A stretch of 56,803 nucleotides of DNA from Firmicutes bacterium CAG:884. Lineage in GTDB: Bacteria > Bacillota_I > Bacilli_A > RF39 > UBA660. Each line of letters opens with the position of its first letter. Within the stretch, counting starts at the first letter, position 1. A model generated the notes under the pieces. It saw only the letters and a program-made list of their open reading frames with translations, made no database searches and had not been told where the DNA came from. The stretch is taken from NCBI GenBank assembly GCA_000433875.1, contig HF993345.1:1-56803 (forward strand). The letters run 5' to 3'. A program made the position numbers and the translations under genes. Of the stretch, positions 31,331 through 40,675 are shown in pieces.

Positions 31331-31418
31331 TAATTAATTTATTCAAGATATACTTTAATATTTTACACTTTACTTGGCATACATTTTTTTGTATAATTAT
31401 AATAGAAGGAATGATAAA

Positions 31419-32180
31419 ATGGATAAAAAGTTTGACGATTTATTTAAATATATAGATAATATAACCGAAACAAATAAAGTTAAAAAGAAAAAAAATACCA
31501 TCTTTAAAATACTAAGTTTTTTTATAAGTATTATCTCAATAGGATTACTAGTATCATCGGGCTACTTTATTAAAATAGCAGTCGACAATAAAAATGATTA
31601 TAATGAATCAAAAAGTACAAGCAGAGAACTAAAAAATAATGCTTTATTTGATTTAATGAAAAAAAATCCAGACACAGTCGGCTATTTAAAAGTACCAAAT
31701 ACCATTATTGACTACCCAGTAGTTAAAACTGATAACAATAAATTCTATTTAAAAAATGATTTCTATAAAAACCGCAACGTTTACGGCTGGATATTTGCAG
31801 ACTTCAAAAACGAATTTCCAATCCTATCAAAAAACACAATCATTTATGGACACAATACCAGTATCGGCATAATGTTTGGTGATCTAGTTAATCTTTTAAA
31901 TAAAGATTGGTATAAAAATGAAGAAAACAAATATATTTATTTTAGTACAACTGAACAAGACTATAAATTTCAAATATTTTCTGTCTATAAAATTAAAACA
32001 ACAAATGACTACCTAGATATCAATTATGATGAAAATTTTATAAAAATGATTAAAAAAAGAAGTTTTATGGACTTTAATGTAGATATTAGTGATGAAAAAA
32101 TAATCACTCTATCTACGTGCTACAACTCTACGAGTAGCAGTGTTAAACTAGTTGTACATGCCAAAATGGTAAACTTTTAG
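31419..32180 (+). CDS. srtB: Class B sortase
   Basis: N-terminal TM segment, VGYLKVPNTIIDYPVV, IIYGHN (His) and ITLSTC (catalytic Cys). The ATG at 31419 is preferred over the upstream TTG. Confidence 0.8.
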   Translation: MDKKFDDLFKYIDNITETNKVKKKKNTIFKILSFFISIISIGLLVSSGYFIKIAVDNKNDYNESKSTSRELKNNALFDLMKKNPDTVGYLKVPNTIIDYPVVKTDNNKFYLKNDFYKNRNVYGWIFADFKNEFPILSKNTIIYGHNTSIGIMFGDLVNLLNKDWYKNEENKYIYFSTTEQDYKFQIFSVYKIKTTNDYLDINYDENFIKMIKKRSFMDFNVDISDEKIITLSTCYNSTSSSVKLVVHAKMVNF

Positions 32181-32250
32181 GCTTATTATTCACACATTTT
32201 ATCTATTAAATGAATATATTGTAATAGATAATAAAGAAGGGGTGGATTAT

Positions 32251-32658
32251 ATGGAAAACAGTTGTGGATGCATCGCAAAGATCCTAAGAGTTATTAACAC
32301 ACTTCAACAAAATGCTGAATGTGGAGAGACTTGTTTAGATACTTGTGATCGTGGCTTCTTAGGGTGCAACATATCAAGTGTTGGTTGCAATACAAGACCA
32401 GTTATGCTTTATACTTGTTCTTGTAACGGTACAGCTTGGAGTATGCCTGTTTCTAAAGATGAAGGTGAAACTACAACATCTAATATATTTAGGGTTGAAA
32501 AAGTTGACGGAAACTGCGCGACATTTAGAGTTTTGGTGCCAAATACCGATGAAGATGCTGATTGTCCTTACTTAGCAACTAATTCATTTTTTACAATGGA
32601 TTTAGATTGCTGTTGTGCTCTTAGATGTTTAAATGATACTTGCGTAGCTTGTATTTAG
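32251..32658 (+). CDS. CotZ/CotY (ExsY) family cysteine-rich spore coat/exosporium protein
   Basis: The blocks IFRVEKVDGNCATFRVL and FTMDLDCCCALRCLN match the CotZ/CotY signature as I recall it. The protein has many Cys. The ATG at 32251 follows SD AAGGGG. Confidence 0.75.
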   Translation: MENSCGCIAKILRVINTLQQNAECGETCLDTCDRGFLGCNISSVGCNTRPVMLYTCSCNGTAWSMPVSKDEGETTTSNIFRVEKVDGNCATFRVLVPNTDEDADCPYLATNSFFTMDLDCCCALRCLNDTCVACI

Positions 32659-32660
32659 AT

Positions 32661-32687
32661 AAAGCAGATTAATTTCTGCTTTTTTTA
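32661..32687 (+). terminator. Intrinsic terminator after the cotZ-like gene
   Basis: AAAGCAGA-ttaatt-TCTGCTTT followed by a T run. Confidence 0.75.
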
Positions 32688-32692
32688 TTGTA

Positions 32693-32706
32693 TTTTTTTT
32701 TTTTTT
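32693..32706. repeat. T14 homopolymer tract upstream of ORF 32742
   Basis: Fourteen consecutive T, counted directly, about 35 nt upstream of the ATG at 32742. Confidence 0.9.
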
Positions 32707-32741
32707 ATGATAATATTATTTGTAGAAAGTAGGAGATATAT

Positions 32742-34034
32742 ATGAGACTTAATTTCCAAGAAAATAAACCCAAAACTATTGTAAAATATGTTGAAAAAAA
32801 GGATTATACAATAATTTATACAATCGGAGGGATTATTTTTATAGGACTTGCTTTTTTAATTGGATTAAGTGTTTATAAAGGATCAAAATGTTCAAATATT
32901 GAAGACAAAGTATTAGAATATGCAAGTGATTATGCTGAAGGAAATAATCTTCTTAACTTAAATGAAGGTGATTCTGTTACAGTTGATTTAGAAGAAGTTT
33001 ATAATAATGGCTACCCTACTTTATCAAATGGAAATACTTGTACGGGGACCGTTAAGTTTACCTTAGCTGATGGAAAAATAATTAAAACATTTGATATTAA
33101 TAATTGTTCTTATTGTTCAACGAATAAAAGATATAAATCAAATTGGAATAAAAGTAATAGTTATGTTAATAGAAAACTAATTGATGTTGATGTTAAATAT
33201 AATTATTATAATGCCGAAACATTCTATACAAAATGGACGAATTGGTATCCATCAAAAGATATAGATAATGTTGTTAACATTCAATATGGCATAAAATTAC
33301 CCAAAAACGAAAATCAACTACCTGTTGTTCCAAATACAGCTGAAGTATTAAAATATGATGTTGAATATCAAACATACTATAGCTATCGTGATAAAACTTG
33401 GTTATGGTATAGAAACATTAATAATGACTATAGTAGTGAATGGTATTCTACTAAACCAAACAATTATGAAAATAAAGATGAAGCAACTCTAAAATATACT
33501 GATTGGAGTGCATGGTCTTTAAACTATCCTGAAGAAAAAGATTATAGAGAAATTAAAAGTGGTACCGGTTATAGATGGTTCTATTTAGACGAAAACAAAA
33601 TAAAACACTATTGGAATGGCGGAGCATATTCTGTCAATAAACCAAGTGATGAATATCCATCATATGATGATAGTGCTAGAATGTATTCATATAGAGATAA
33701 AACTTGGAGATGGTATAATGGTGAAAAAAGAGATTATTGTAATGAATATTCAACCCTTACACCAAGAGGATGTACATACAAAGATAATTTAATAACAAGT
33801 TATACAAAATGGTCTAATTGGTCAACTGATGTTCCAAGTTCACAAAGTTATAGAAGTATTGATACTGATATCTATTATAGATATCGAGCATTCTATAGAG
33901 ATGTTAATTTCTTAGTATTAGAAGATTATGTATCAAAAGATGAATTTGAAAATATTGTTCAAAAAAGCCTAGATGATTTTAGACTTGATAACACAAAAAA
34001 AATAAGTTATAAATATACTTATTTATACAAGTAG
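32742..34034 (+). CDS. Membrane-anchored protein with Trp/Tyr-rich repeats (YTxWSxWS ... YSYRDKTWxWY)
   Basis: N-terminal TM segment (IIYTIGGIIFIGLAFLIGLSV). Recurring motifs are YTKWTNWYPS, YTDWSAWSLNYP and YTKWSNWSTDVP, interleaved with YSYRDKTWLWYRN, YSYRDKTWRWYNG and YYRYRAFY. Confidence 0.6.
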   Translation: MRLNFQENKPKTIVKYVEKKDYTIIYTIGGIIFIGLAFLIGLSVYKGSKCSNIEDKVLEYASDYAEGNNLLNLNEGDSVTVDLEEVYNNGYPTLSNGNTCTGTVKFTLADGKIIKTFDINNCSYCSTNKRYKSNWNKSNSYVNRKLIDVDVKYNYYNAETFYTKWTNWYPSKDIDNVVNIQYGIKLPKNENQLPVVPNTAEVLKYDVEYQTYYSYRDKTWLWYRNINNDYSSEWYSTKPNNYENKDEATLKYTDWSAWSLNYPEEKDYREIKSGTGYRWFYLDENKIKHYWNGGAYSVNKPSDEYPSYDDSARMYSYRDKTWRWYNGEKRDYCNEYSTLTPRGCTYKDNLITSYTKWSNWSTDVPSSQSYRSIDTDIYYRYRAFYRDVNFLVLEDYVSKDEFENIVQKSLDDFRLDNTKKISYKYTYLYK

Positions 34035-34038
34035 TTTT

Positions 34039-34332
34039 TTAAACTACTTTTTCTATATCTAAGATATCACTTATTTTTATTATTTCATTATCCATAGTTA
34101 TTAAAGATGAATTATTTCTAGCAATAATAGTAGTACGAATCTTTCTATCTTTTAAGGTTATTTTAACATCAGCTTTATAAACGAAATCATTTGATTTAAA
34201 TATTTCATTTATTTCTTTGCGCACATCAATTTTTCTAGGTATTCTATCAACATTATTTCCGTTTGAGTAGAATACTTTTTCATTATTTCTAAATTCTTTA
34301 TCAAACTTATTTACAAATAGATTATCTTTCAT
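34039..34332 (-). CDS. Small hypothetical protein
   Basis: 97-aa ORF with no confident family assignment. Confidence 0.45.
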   Translation of the reverse strand: MKDNLFVNKFDKEFRNNEKVFYSNGNNVDRIPRKIDVRKEINEIFKSNDFVYKADVKITLKDRKIRTTIIARNNSSLITMDNEIIKISDILDIEKVV

Positions 34333-34343
34333 ATACTCACCTA

Positions 34344-35123
34344 TTATAAATTATTCATTTTTTTTGATAATATGCATCCCAAAACCAATAATATTTCCCC
34401 AACTATTATATCTATAATAGACTTATTCAACTTTAAAGTATTTAAATACATTATAATTAAAGTAGATAAAGTAAAAGCCTTTACAATAACCATAAATAAA
34501 ATAGGATGTTTCCTAATTATATATGTTATTAACTTAGATAAAACAAACACACCAATTATAATTCCAATTATAAAAGGAATCAAAATATCTAGATTATTAA
34601 AAGGATTTGATAACATCTCTAAAATTAATTCATACTTTTTTAAAACAATAAAAATTGCCGTTCCACTTATACCAGGAATAATAGTAGATATTGCCTCTAT
34701 AATACCAAGAATAATATTATTAAAAAAAGAAACCTTTATATTTATATTAATAGATATAATATTTATAAAAATAGGAAAAATAATTAAAAAAATAAATATT
34801 AATATTTTAGGAATACTTTTATTTTTAAATTCTTTAAAAGAAAAGTCAATTGAACCAATAATTAAACCAATAAAAAGTAATAAAATTGAAAAATAATACT
34901 TATTAATCAATATTTTAAGTATTTTACTAAATAATATTATAGATAAAACAATACCCGAAAGCATAGGAAATAAAAACTTAATACTTTCCTTAGGCTTTTT
35001 AAATATATCACTTATACTAGATAAAAGAGGTTCATATACATTCATTGATATTGCCATAAGCGAACCACTTACACCAGGTAAAATCTTACCTAGTCCAACT
35101 AAAAGCCCTTTAAAAAAAAGCAT
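34344..35123 (-). CDS. DUF368-family membrane protein (family recently linked to undecaprenyl-phosphate recycling)
   Basis: Polytopic membrane protein with duplicated LPGVSGS / IPGISGT motifs typical of DUF368. Confidence 0.7.
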   Translation of the reverse strand: MLFFKGLLVGLGKILPGVSGSLMAISMNVYEPLLSSISDIFKKPKESIKFLFPMLSGIVLSIILFSKILKILINKYYFSILLLFIGLIIGSIDFSFKEFKNKSIPKILIFIFLIIFPIFINIISININIKVSFFNNIILGIIEAISTIIPGISGTAIFIVLKKYELILEMLSNPFNNLDILIPFIIGIIIGVFVLSKLITYIIRKHPILFMVIVKAFTLSTLIIMYLNTLKLNKSIIDIIVGEILLVLGCILSKKMNNL

Positions 35124-35163
35124 ATTATCACCATTTAATTCTATTATTAATAAAAAAAAAAAA

Positions 35164-36246
35164 TTACTTTTTCAGTAATTTCTTTTGAACATCTTCAAAC
35201 ACTTCCGGATCACCCTGTAAAAGCGGTGTTATAGAAGAATTTTTACTCAATTCATTAATAATTTTAGCAATAAACACAGAACAATCAACCGATTTATACC
35301 AAGAGGAATCAATGATTTTTTTATCAACATATGTTAAATTAGTTGTATAAACCCTATTAAATGATTTATTATATTCTTCATCAAAAACATTCTTACCATT
35401 ACAAAATAAACCAAAAGTAGAAGCCAAATATATATTTCGAGCATTTCTTCTCTTTAACTCTTTAGCAACATCAAGCATTGATTCACCAGAAGCAATCATA
35501 TCATCAACAACAATACAATCCTTATTGGAAACATCTTTTCCCAAATATTCATGCGCAATTACAGGATTCTTTCCATTAACAACCTTTGTTAAATCCCTTC
35601 TCTTATGAAATATACCAACATCAACCTTTAACATGTCAGCATAATATCTAGCCCTATTAAAAGCACCAGTATCAGGACTAATTACAATTGTATTTTCATA
35701 ATCAATCTGCTCATTCTTTAATATTTGATTAATTATATTAACTGTTGGAAAAAAGTTCTCAAAAGCCATTAAAGGTATAACATTTTGAATATTTTCATCG
35801 TGAACATCAAAAGTAATTATACTTTTAACCCCCAAATTTTCAAACTCTTTTAAAGCAATCGCACAATCTAAAGATTCTCTACCCTTTCTCCTATGTTGTC
35901 TTGACGAATATAAAAGTGGCATTATCAAAGTAATACTTTCAGCGTGTCCCCTAATTGCTGATATAATTCTTTTGGTATCTTGATAATGATCATCAGGTGA
36001 CTTATGATTTTCAATTCCATACATCTGATAACTTATACTATGATTACCAATATCAGTCATAATATAAGCTTCACTTCCACGAATCGTTTTTAATAATTTT
36101 ATCTTACCCTCACCATTACTAAATCTAATCTCTTCAATAGGAATTAGATAATCATTATTCTCATTATTCATCTTTTTCAAATAATTATTTGTTTTAAGTG
36201 CAAGTTCTTTGATGTTTTCTAAAGCAATTATACTTATTTTATTCAT
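35164..36246 (-). CDS. prs: Ribose-phosphate pyrophosphokinase family protein (long variant)
   Basis: RQHRRKGRES, DVHDENIQN, and a PRPP-binding loop CIVVDDMIASGESM. Confidence 0.75.
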   Translation of the reverse strand: MNKISIIALENIKELALKTNNYLKKMNNENNDYLIPIEEIRFSNGEGKIKLLKTIRGSEAYIMTDIGNHSISYQMYGIENHKSPDDHYQDTKRIISAIRGHAESITLIMPLLYSSRQHRRKGRESLDCAIALKEFENLGVKSIITFDVHDENIQNVIPLMAFENFFPTVNIINQILKNEQIDYENTIVISPDTGAFNRARYYADMLKVDVGIFHKRRDLTKVVNGKNPVIAHEYLGKDVSNKDCIVVDDMIASGESMLDVAKELKRRNARNIYLASTFGLFCNGKNVFDEEYNKSFNRVYTTNLTYVDKKIIDSSWYKSVDCSVFIAKIINELSKNSSITPLLQGDPEVFEDVQKKLLKK

Positions 36247-36288
36247 TTACTTCCTCCTATAATACATTTTTAGTATATCATATTTATT

Positions 36289-36314
36289 AAAAAAATACTC
36301 TATTTCAAGAGTAT
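36289..36314 (-). terminator. Intrinsic terminator after the pncC-like gene
   Basis: On the minus strand, ATACTCT-tgaaat-AGAGTAT followed by T6, overlapping the stop codon. Confidence 0.6.
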
Positions 36315-36787
36315 TATTTTGAATTATTAATAAAATCCTTTAATATTGTTTCAATAACATAACATATCTTTTGTTTACTTCTAATTCTTGTATCTTCAGC
36401 CTCTAAAGTAATTGTTTGTTTTCTATCTCTTTTACTATCATAAATACAAATATAAATTGTTTTTGTATCACCAAGCAAATTATTAGGATCTTGCTTATTT
36501 AATTTACCAGTTACACCAAGACCATATGTTGAATGAGAAAAACTTGCAATTGCTTTTGCCATCTCAAAAGCAGTTTCTATACTATAAACCGTATATTTAT
36601 CAATTACCTCCTTAGGAACACCCATTTTTATTTTAAACTCATTTGAATAAGTAACCGCACTAAAAGCAATAACATTAGAAGCTCCTTCAATATTTGTTAT
36701 TTCATTAGCAATACATCCCCCAGTACAAGACTCCATAGTTGCAATTGTTTCATTATTTTTTGTTAATATTTCTACTATTTCTTTCAT
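36314..36787 (-). CDS. CinA C-terminal domain / nicotinamide-nucleotide amidohydrolase PncC family
   Basis: IATMESCTGGCIANEITNIEGASNV signature. Confidence 0.8.
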   Translation of the reverse strand: MKEIVEILTKNNETIATMESCTGGCIANEITNIEGASNVIAFSAVTYSNEFKIKMGVPKEVIDKYTVYSIETAFEMAKAIASFSHSTYGLGVTGKLNKQDPNNLLGDTKTIYICIYDSKRDRKQTITLEAEDTRIRSKQKICYVIETILKDFINNSK

Positions 36788-37801
36788 TCAATTCTCCTTA
36801 TGACCAGCTTTAACAATTTGATTTTTAATTTTTAAAATTGTCTCTGTTAATTCTATTTCATTTCCCTCAAACCATTTTAAACTCTTATTATACTTTTTTA
36901 AAAACCTTTTCCATTTAAAAGCATGATTAAAAGCATAAGCATATGGAAATGTATCCTCTAAAAAATTAGGATTTATTTTAAGCATTTCTAATACTTCATC
37001 TTTATTTATATTAATCAAATAATTATTAAAACTCTCAGCTTCAGCTTTCAATTCTAAACCAGTACTAGTTTTAGGTGTCAATGATTTTAAAGTATTAATT
37101 AATAATATTGTTCCTATATGACCAACAACAAAAACAATTATATAATATGTATTTAAACCGATCTTTGATAAACTCATTATATAAAATGGTAAACCAACTA
37201 AAATTGTTAGAATCGTTACTAATATTTTAGATCTTTTACTATTCTTACTTGTATAAACCCTTACCAAAGATATAAAACAAACCCAAGTTATAAATGTAAT
37301 TATAAGCGTTTTAAATATATTATATGGAAGATGAATATTTATAATTAAAAATATTATAAAAGTTAATAATACAAGATAGTTATTAATTGTTAATTCTTCC
37401 TGTTCATTTGTTTCTTTTCTAATATCTTTATTATCAATAGAATGTACTATATCACTTATATCTTTATATAAATTCCTATGAAGATTAAGTATTTCTATAC
37501 TATTACCCTTTTTAAATAAAGCTTTATACATTAATTTTTCAGCCTTATTATTTTCTTTATATTTTTTTAACTTAATTATTTTACTAGGTAATATTTTAAT
37601 ATATTTTTTATGAGCCAAATAAATAACAATTGATGTTAAATCTCTTTCGTTTATTAATCCAGCATAATTATATTTAAGTTCAGCTGGTGATACATCAGGA
37701 ATAATTCCCTTTTCATTTTTTTCTCTTTTTATTTTATAATGTTTCTCTATAAATAAACCAAATATTGTAAATGATACAATTAATACTAACTCAATTAACA
37801 T
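36788..37801 (-). CDS. Membrane protein, possibly DUF2207-like
   Basis: 337 aa with several TM segments and a C-terminal YAYAFNHAFKW block. The family call is weak. Confidence 0.4.
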   Translation of the reverse strand: MLIELVLIVSFTIFGLFIEKHYKIKREKNEKGIIPDVSPAELKYNYAGLINERDLTSIVIYLAHKKYIKILPSKIIKLKKYKENNKAEKLMYKALFKKGNSIEILNLHRNLYKDISDIVHSIDNKDIRKETNEQEELTINNYLVLLTFIIFLIINIHLPYNIFKTLIITFITWVCFISLVRVYTSKNSKRSKILVTILTILVGLPFYIMSLSKIGLNTYYIIVFVVGHIGTILLINTLKSLTPKTSTGLELKAEAESFNNYLININKDEVLEMLKINPNFLEDTFPYAYAFNHAFKWKRFLKKYNKSLKWFEGNEIELTETILKIKNQIVKAGHKEN

Positions 37802-39114
37802 ACATTTCTAAGTCCTTTCGGATAATGATTCTTAAGTTTTCCATTGGTTGCTTTATATCCTCCAATTGGATAGCCATCAACCATTAAAACTCCCCATCCA
37901 TTTGGTACATCTGCTATAATTTCTTCACCTTTCAAATATTTTAAAACTCTTTTATCATTTAATTTTAAATTACATTTATTTTTAAAATAATTACCATAAG
38001 CTTTAAATAAATAATGATTTGGAAGTAAATAGTTTCCTTTAATTTCTCCAACTTGAACACCGGAAGATATTATATGAATATTATCAGGAATAACATTTAA
38101 GGGTGCGAATACTTTATTGTTTTGAATCTTTAAATCTAATTTTATTGTTAAATTTTCCATAAAATCATTAACTATTTTTGTGTTTTCTTTTCCTAAATCA
38201 TTTTGTTTTTTTATACTTATATACTCTTTTTCAATATTTCTATTTTGCATTAAACACATAAATTGACCTTCACCTAAAGAAATATGAGGATAAAATCTTT
38301 TAGCTTTTTCTATTGGTTTTAAACCATTAACTGTATAATTTTCCAGGTTTTTAAGATCAACAACCTCATAATTATAATTTTTAGTAAACCATTCCACTAT
38401 ATCTTCATTTTCACATTTTTCATATGTACAAGTTGAATACAAAATATAACCATTTGTTTTAGGTAAATGAGCCACACACTCAAGTATTTCCTTTTGTCTT
38501 TTAGAACATAGCTCAACATTTTCTAAGCTCCACTCATTTATAGCTTCCCAATTTTTCCTAAACATTCCTTCTCCCGAACAAGGAGCATCAACAATCACTA
38601 AATCAAAATACCCATTAATTGCATTTCTAAAACTTTCAGGAGTATCATTTGTAACAATTACATTTGTTAAACCCATTCTCTCTATATTACTATATAATAT
38701 CTGAGCGCGTTTACTATTTATTTCATTTGATATAAGAAAACCATTTTTTAATTTAGATGCAACTTGAATACTTTTACCACCTGGCGCGGCACATAAATCT
38801 AGTACTCTATAATCATCTTTTATATTAACCCCATTAATAGGTGCCGAAGCCCCTGGATCTTGACTATAAAAAAGGCCAGCGTGATGATATGGATGATTTC
38901 CTAATTTAACATTTTCTTTTAAATAAAAACTATCACAAGTATAAGGTATTTGCTCTATTTTATAAGGAAATATTTTTATAAAATCACGAGTGCTTATTTT
39001 ATTTGTATTTACCTTTATACCTTTTATATTTTCCTTTTCATTTTCTTCTAAAAATTTATCATAATTTGGTATTATATTTTTCATTCTTTCTTCAAACTCT
39101 TTTGGAAGTTGCAT
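37795..39114 (-). CDS. RsmB/RsmF-family rRNA (cytosine-C5) methyltransferase
   Basis: SAM motif LDLCAAPGGKS and catalytic motifs DAPCSGEGMFRK and YSTCT. The ATG at 39114 follows SD AGGTGA. Confidence 0.85.
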   Translation of the reverse strand: MQLPKEFEERMKNIIPNYDKFLEENEKENIKGIKVNTNKISTRDFIKIFPYKIEQIPYTCDSFYLKENVKLGNHPYHHAGLFYSQDPGASAPINGVNIKDDYRVLDLCAAPGGKSIQVASKLKNGFLISNEINSKRAQILYSNIERMGLTNVIVTNDTPESFRNAINGYFDLVIVDAPCSGEGMFRKNWEAINEWSLENVELCSKRQKEILECVAHLPKTNGYILYSTCTYEKCENEDIVEWFTKNYNYEVVDLKNLENYTVNGLKPIEKAKRFYPHISLGEGQFMCLMQNRNIEKEYISIKKQNDLGKENTKIVNDFMENLTIKLDLKIQNNKVFAPLNVIPDNIHIISSGVQVGEIKGNYLLPNHYLFKAYGNYFKNKCNLKLNDKRVLKYLKGEEIIADVPNGWGVLMVDGYPIGGYKATNGKLKNHYPKGLRNVC

Positions 39115-39301
39115 TAATATCACCTACATAAATTATAGTTTTTTTTTATCATTTTATCAAGATTATCTACAAAAAAGAAACACATTATACACTAATTTAA
39201 TTATAAATATTTAATAAACTATTACTTTTTATATTATTACACATTTACATTTTAACTTTACTTTTCTTAAGATTTATGAAATAATTGTTTTGGTGATTTA
39301 C

Positions 39302-40660
39302 GTGCAAATAGATAAAATATTTGAAAACTTTATAACAAATGTTAAAAAAGATGGTGTCTATGCATCAATCGATGAAATTAAAGAAGCAACTAATCTAATG
39401 CTAGAAATAATAAAACAGCACAAAGATGCAACACCAGAAGAAATGATTGAATATGTTATAAAAGATAATATTGATTTTATAGAACAAATAAAAAGCAAAT
39501 ACTATTTTCCTGGATATACAATAGGAGCAATCGTTGGAAATATCAACATCAAACTATTAGGTGGAAATTTAGATGATAATGGAAGAAAAATGGATCCAAA
39601 CGCTTTATTTGATATTGCATCAATATCAAAATTTTATACCCAAACAATAATATACAATTTAATAAAAGAAGGAAAATTATCATTTGATTCCAAAATATAT
39701 GAATTAGATGATCGCTTTATCAATCTAAAAGATATAACCATTAGAGACATAACAAGTTTTACAACAACATTTATGACAAACGGCCGAATAAATGAAAAAA
39801 CAAATATCGAAGAAGCATATAAAACATTATATAGTGTAAAAGCAATAGATACCCAAAAATATAATTACAATGACATAGGTATGATGATTATGAAAGAAGT
39901 TGCTGAAAGAATTACAGGAATACCCTATAAAGATTTAGTTGATAAGTATATAATATCTAGATATAATTTAAAAAACACATTTTTAAGTGTACCATTTGAA
40001 AAAAAACACCTTATAACAGGAACACCAAATATGGAAAATGTTGCAGTTAATGACTCAAATGCAAACGCCTTAGGGGGCTACAGCGGGCACGCTGGTATAT
40101 TTGCATCAAGTGATGACTTACTAAAACTAGGAAATAATCTAGCACAAGGAAAAGTTATCGATGAATCTATGATTGATGACATCTATTTAGAAGGTAGCGC
40201 TAAAGGAAGAGGAAAAATGGGAAACGTATATGTCTCCAACCCCAAAGGTGTAGATGTAAGTTATGTTGATAGATTAGAACCAATAAGATCATTCGCACTT
40301 CAAGGTTCAACAAGAGTTCATTTGAACGGAAACAAATACAGTGTAAGCACTCTTCTATTAAATCCAGCATCAATGTCTTTAGAAAAAGCATTAGAAAATG
40401 AAGAAAAAATCAATCAAATTAGAGTATTAGATGGAAAAAATCCGCTATCACTAGTAAGAAAATTTACATTTGATGATTTTGGAAATCCAAAACAATACAA
40501 CCTAGTTGATGTAAGACAAATGCTTCCAAGTGGAAAAACAGTTGAACCGCTTTTAACAATGAATGCTAAAATGATATTAAGATTAAGATTTTTAAATGAA
40601 TTCATTAAAGAATATGATAAAAATTATAATAAAGAAATATCCATAATAAAAACAAACTAA
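39302..40660 (+). CDS. Beta-lactamase-related serine hydrolase (class C / esterase-like)
   Basis: SxxK (ASISKF), YxN (YNYND) and GHAG motifs. The start is uncertain: I prefer the GTG at 39302, behind GGTGA, over the TTG at 39290. Confidence 0.7.
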   Translation: MQIDKIFENFITNVKKDGVYASIDEIKEATNLMLEIIKQHKDATPEEMIEYVIKDNIDFIEQIKSKYYFPGYTIGAIVGNINIKLLGGNLDDNGRKMDPNALFDIASISKFYTQTIIYNLIKEGKLSFDSKIYELDDRFINLKDITIRDITSFTTTFMTNGRINEKTNIEEAYKTLYSVKAIDTQKYNYNDIGMMIMKEVAERITGIPYKDLVDKYIISRYNLKNTFLSVPFEKKHLITGTPNMENVAVNDSNANALGGYSGHAGIFASSDDLLKLGNNLAQGKVIDESMIDDIYLEGSAKGRGKMGNVYVSNPKGVDVSYVDRLEPIRSFALQGSTRVHLNGNKYSVSTLLLNPASMSLEKALENEEKINQIRVLDGKNPLSLVRKFTFDDFGNPKQYNLVDVRQMLPSGKTVEPLLTMNAKMILRLRFLNEFIKEYDKNYNKEISIIKTN

Positions 40661-40675
40661 TCAGTTTGTTTTTTT
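40648..40675. terminator. Bidirectional hairpin shared by two convergent genes
   Basis: 11-bp stem AAAAACAAACT / AGTTTGTTTTT with a 4-nt loop. The plus-strand TAA (40658-40660) and the minus-strand TAG (40657-40659) overlap at the top of the hairpin, spanning the stem-loop junction. Confidence 0.6.

Noticed and set aside
31374-31418. A TTG-initiated N-terminal extension of sortase B (MAYIFLYNYNRRNDK) appears in the ORF track.
   Set aside because: The TTG has no SD. The ATG at 31419 is preceded by GAAGGA at suitable spacing and gives the usual short cytoplasmic tail plus TM anchor.
35152-35163. An A12 tract (T12 on the coding strand) between prs and the DUF368 gene was considered as a phase-variation tract.
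   Set aside because: It lies right after the prs stop codon, in a short intra-operon spacer. It is more simply a T-tail or spacer. There is no coding or promoter element whose spacing would obviously depend on it.
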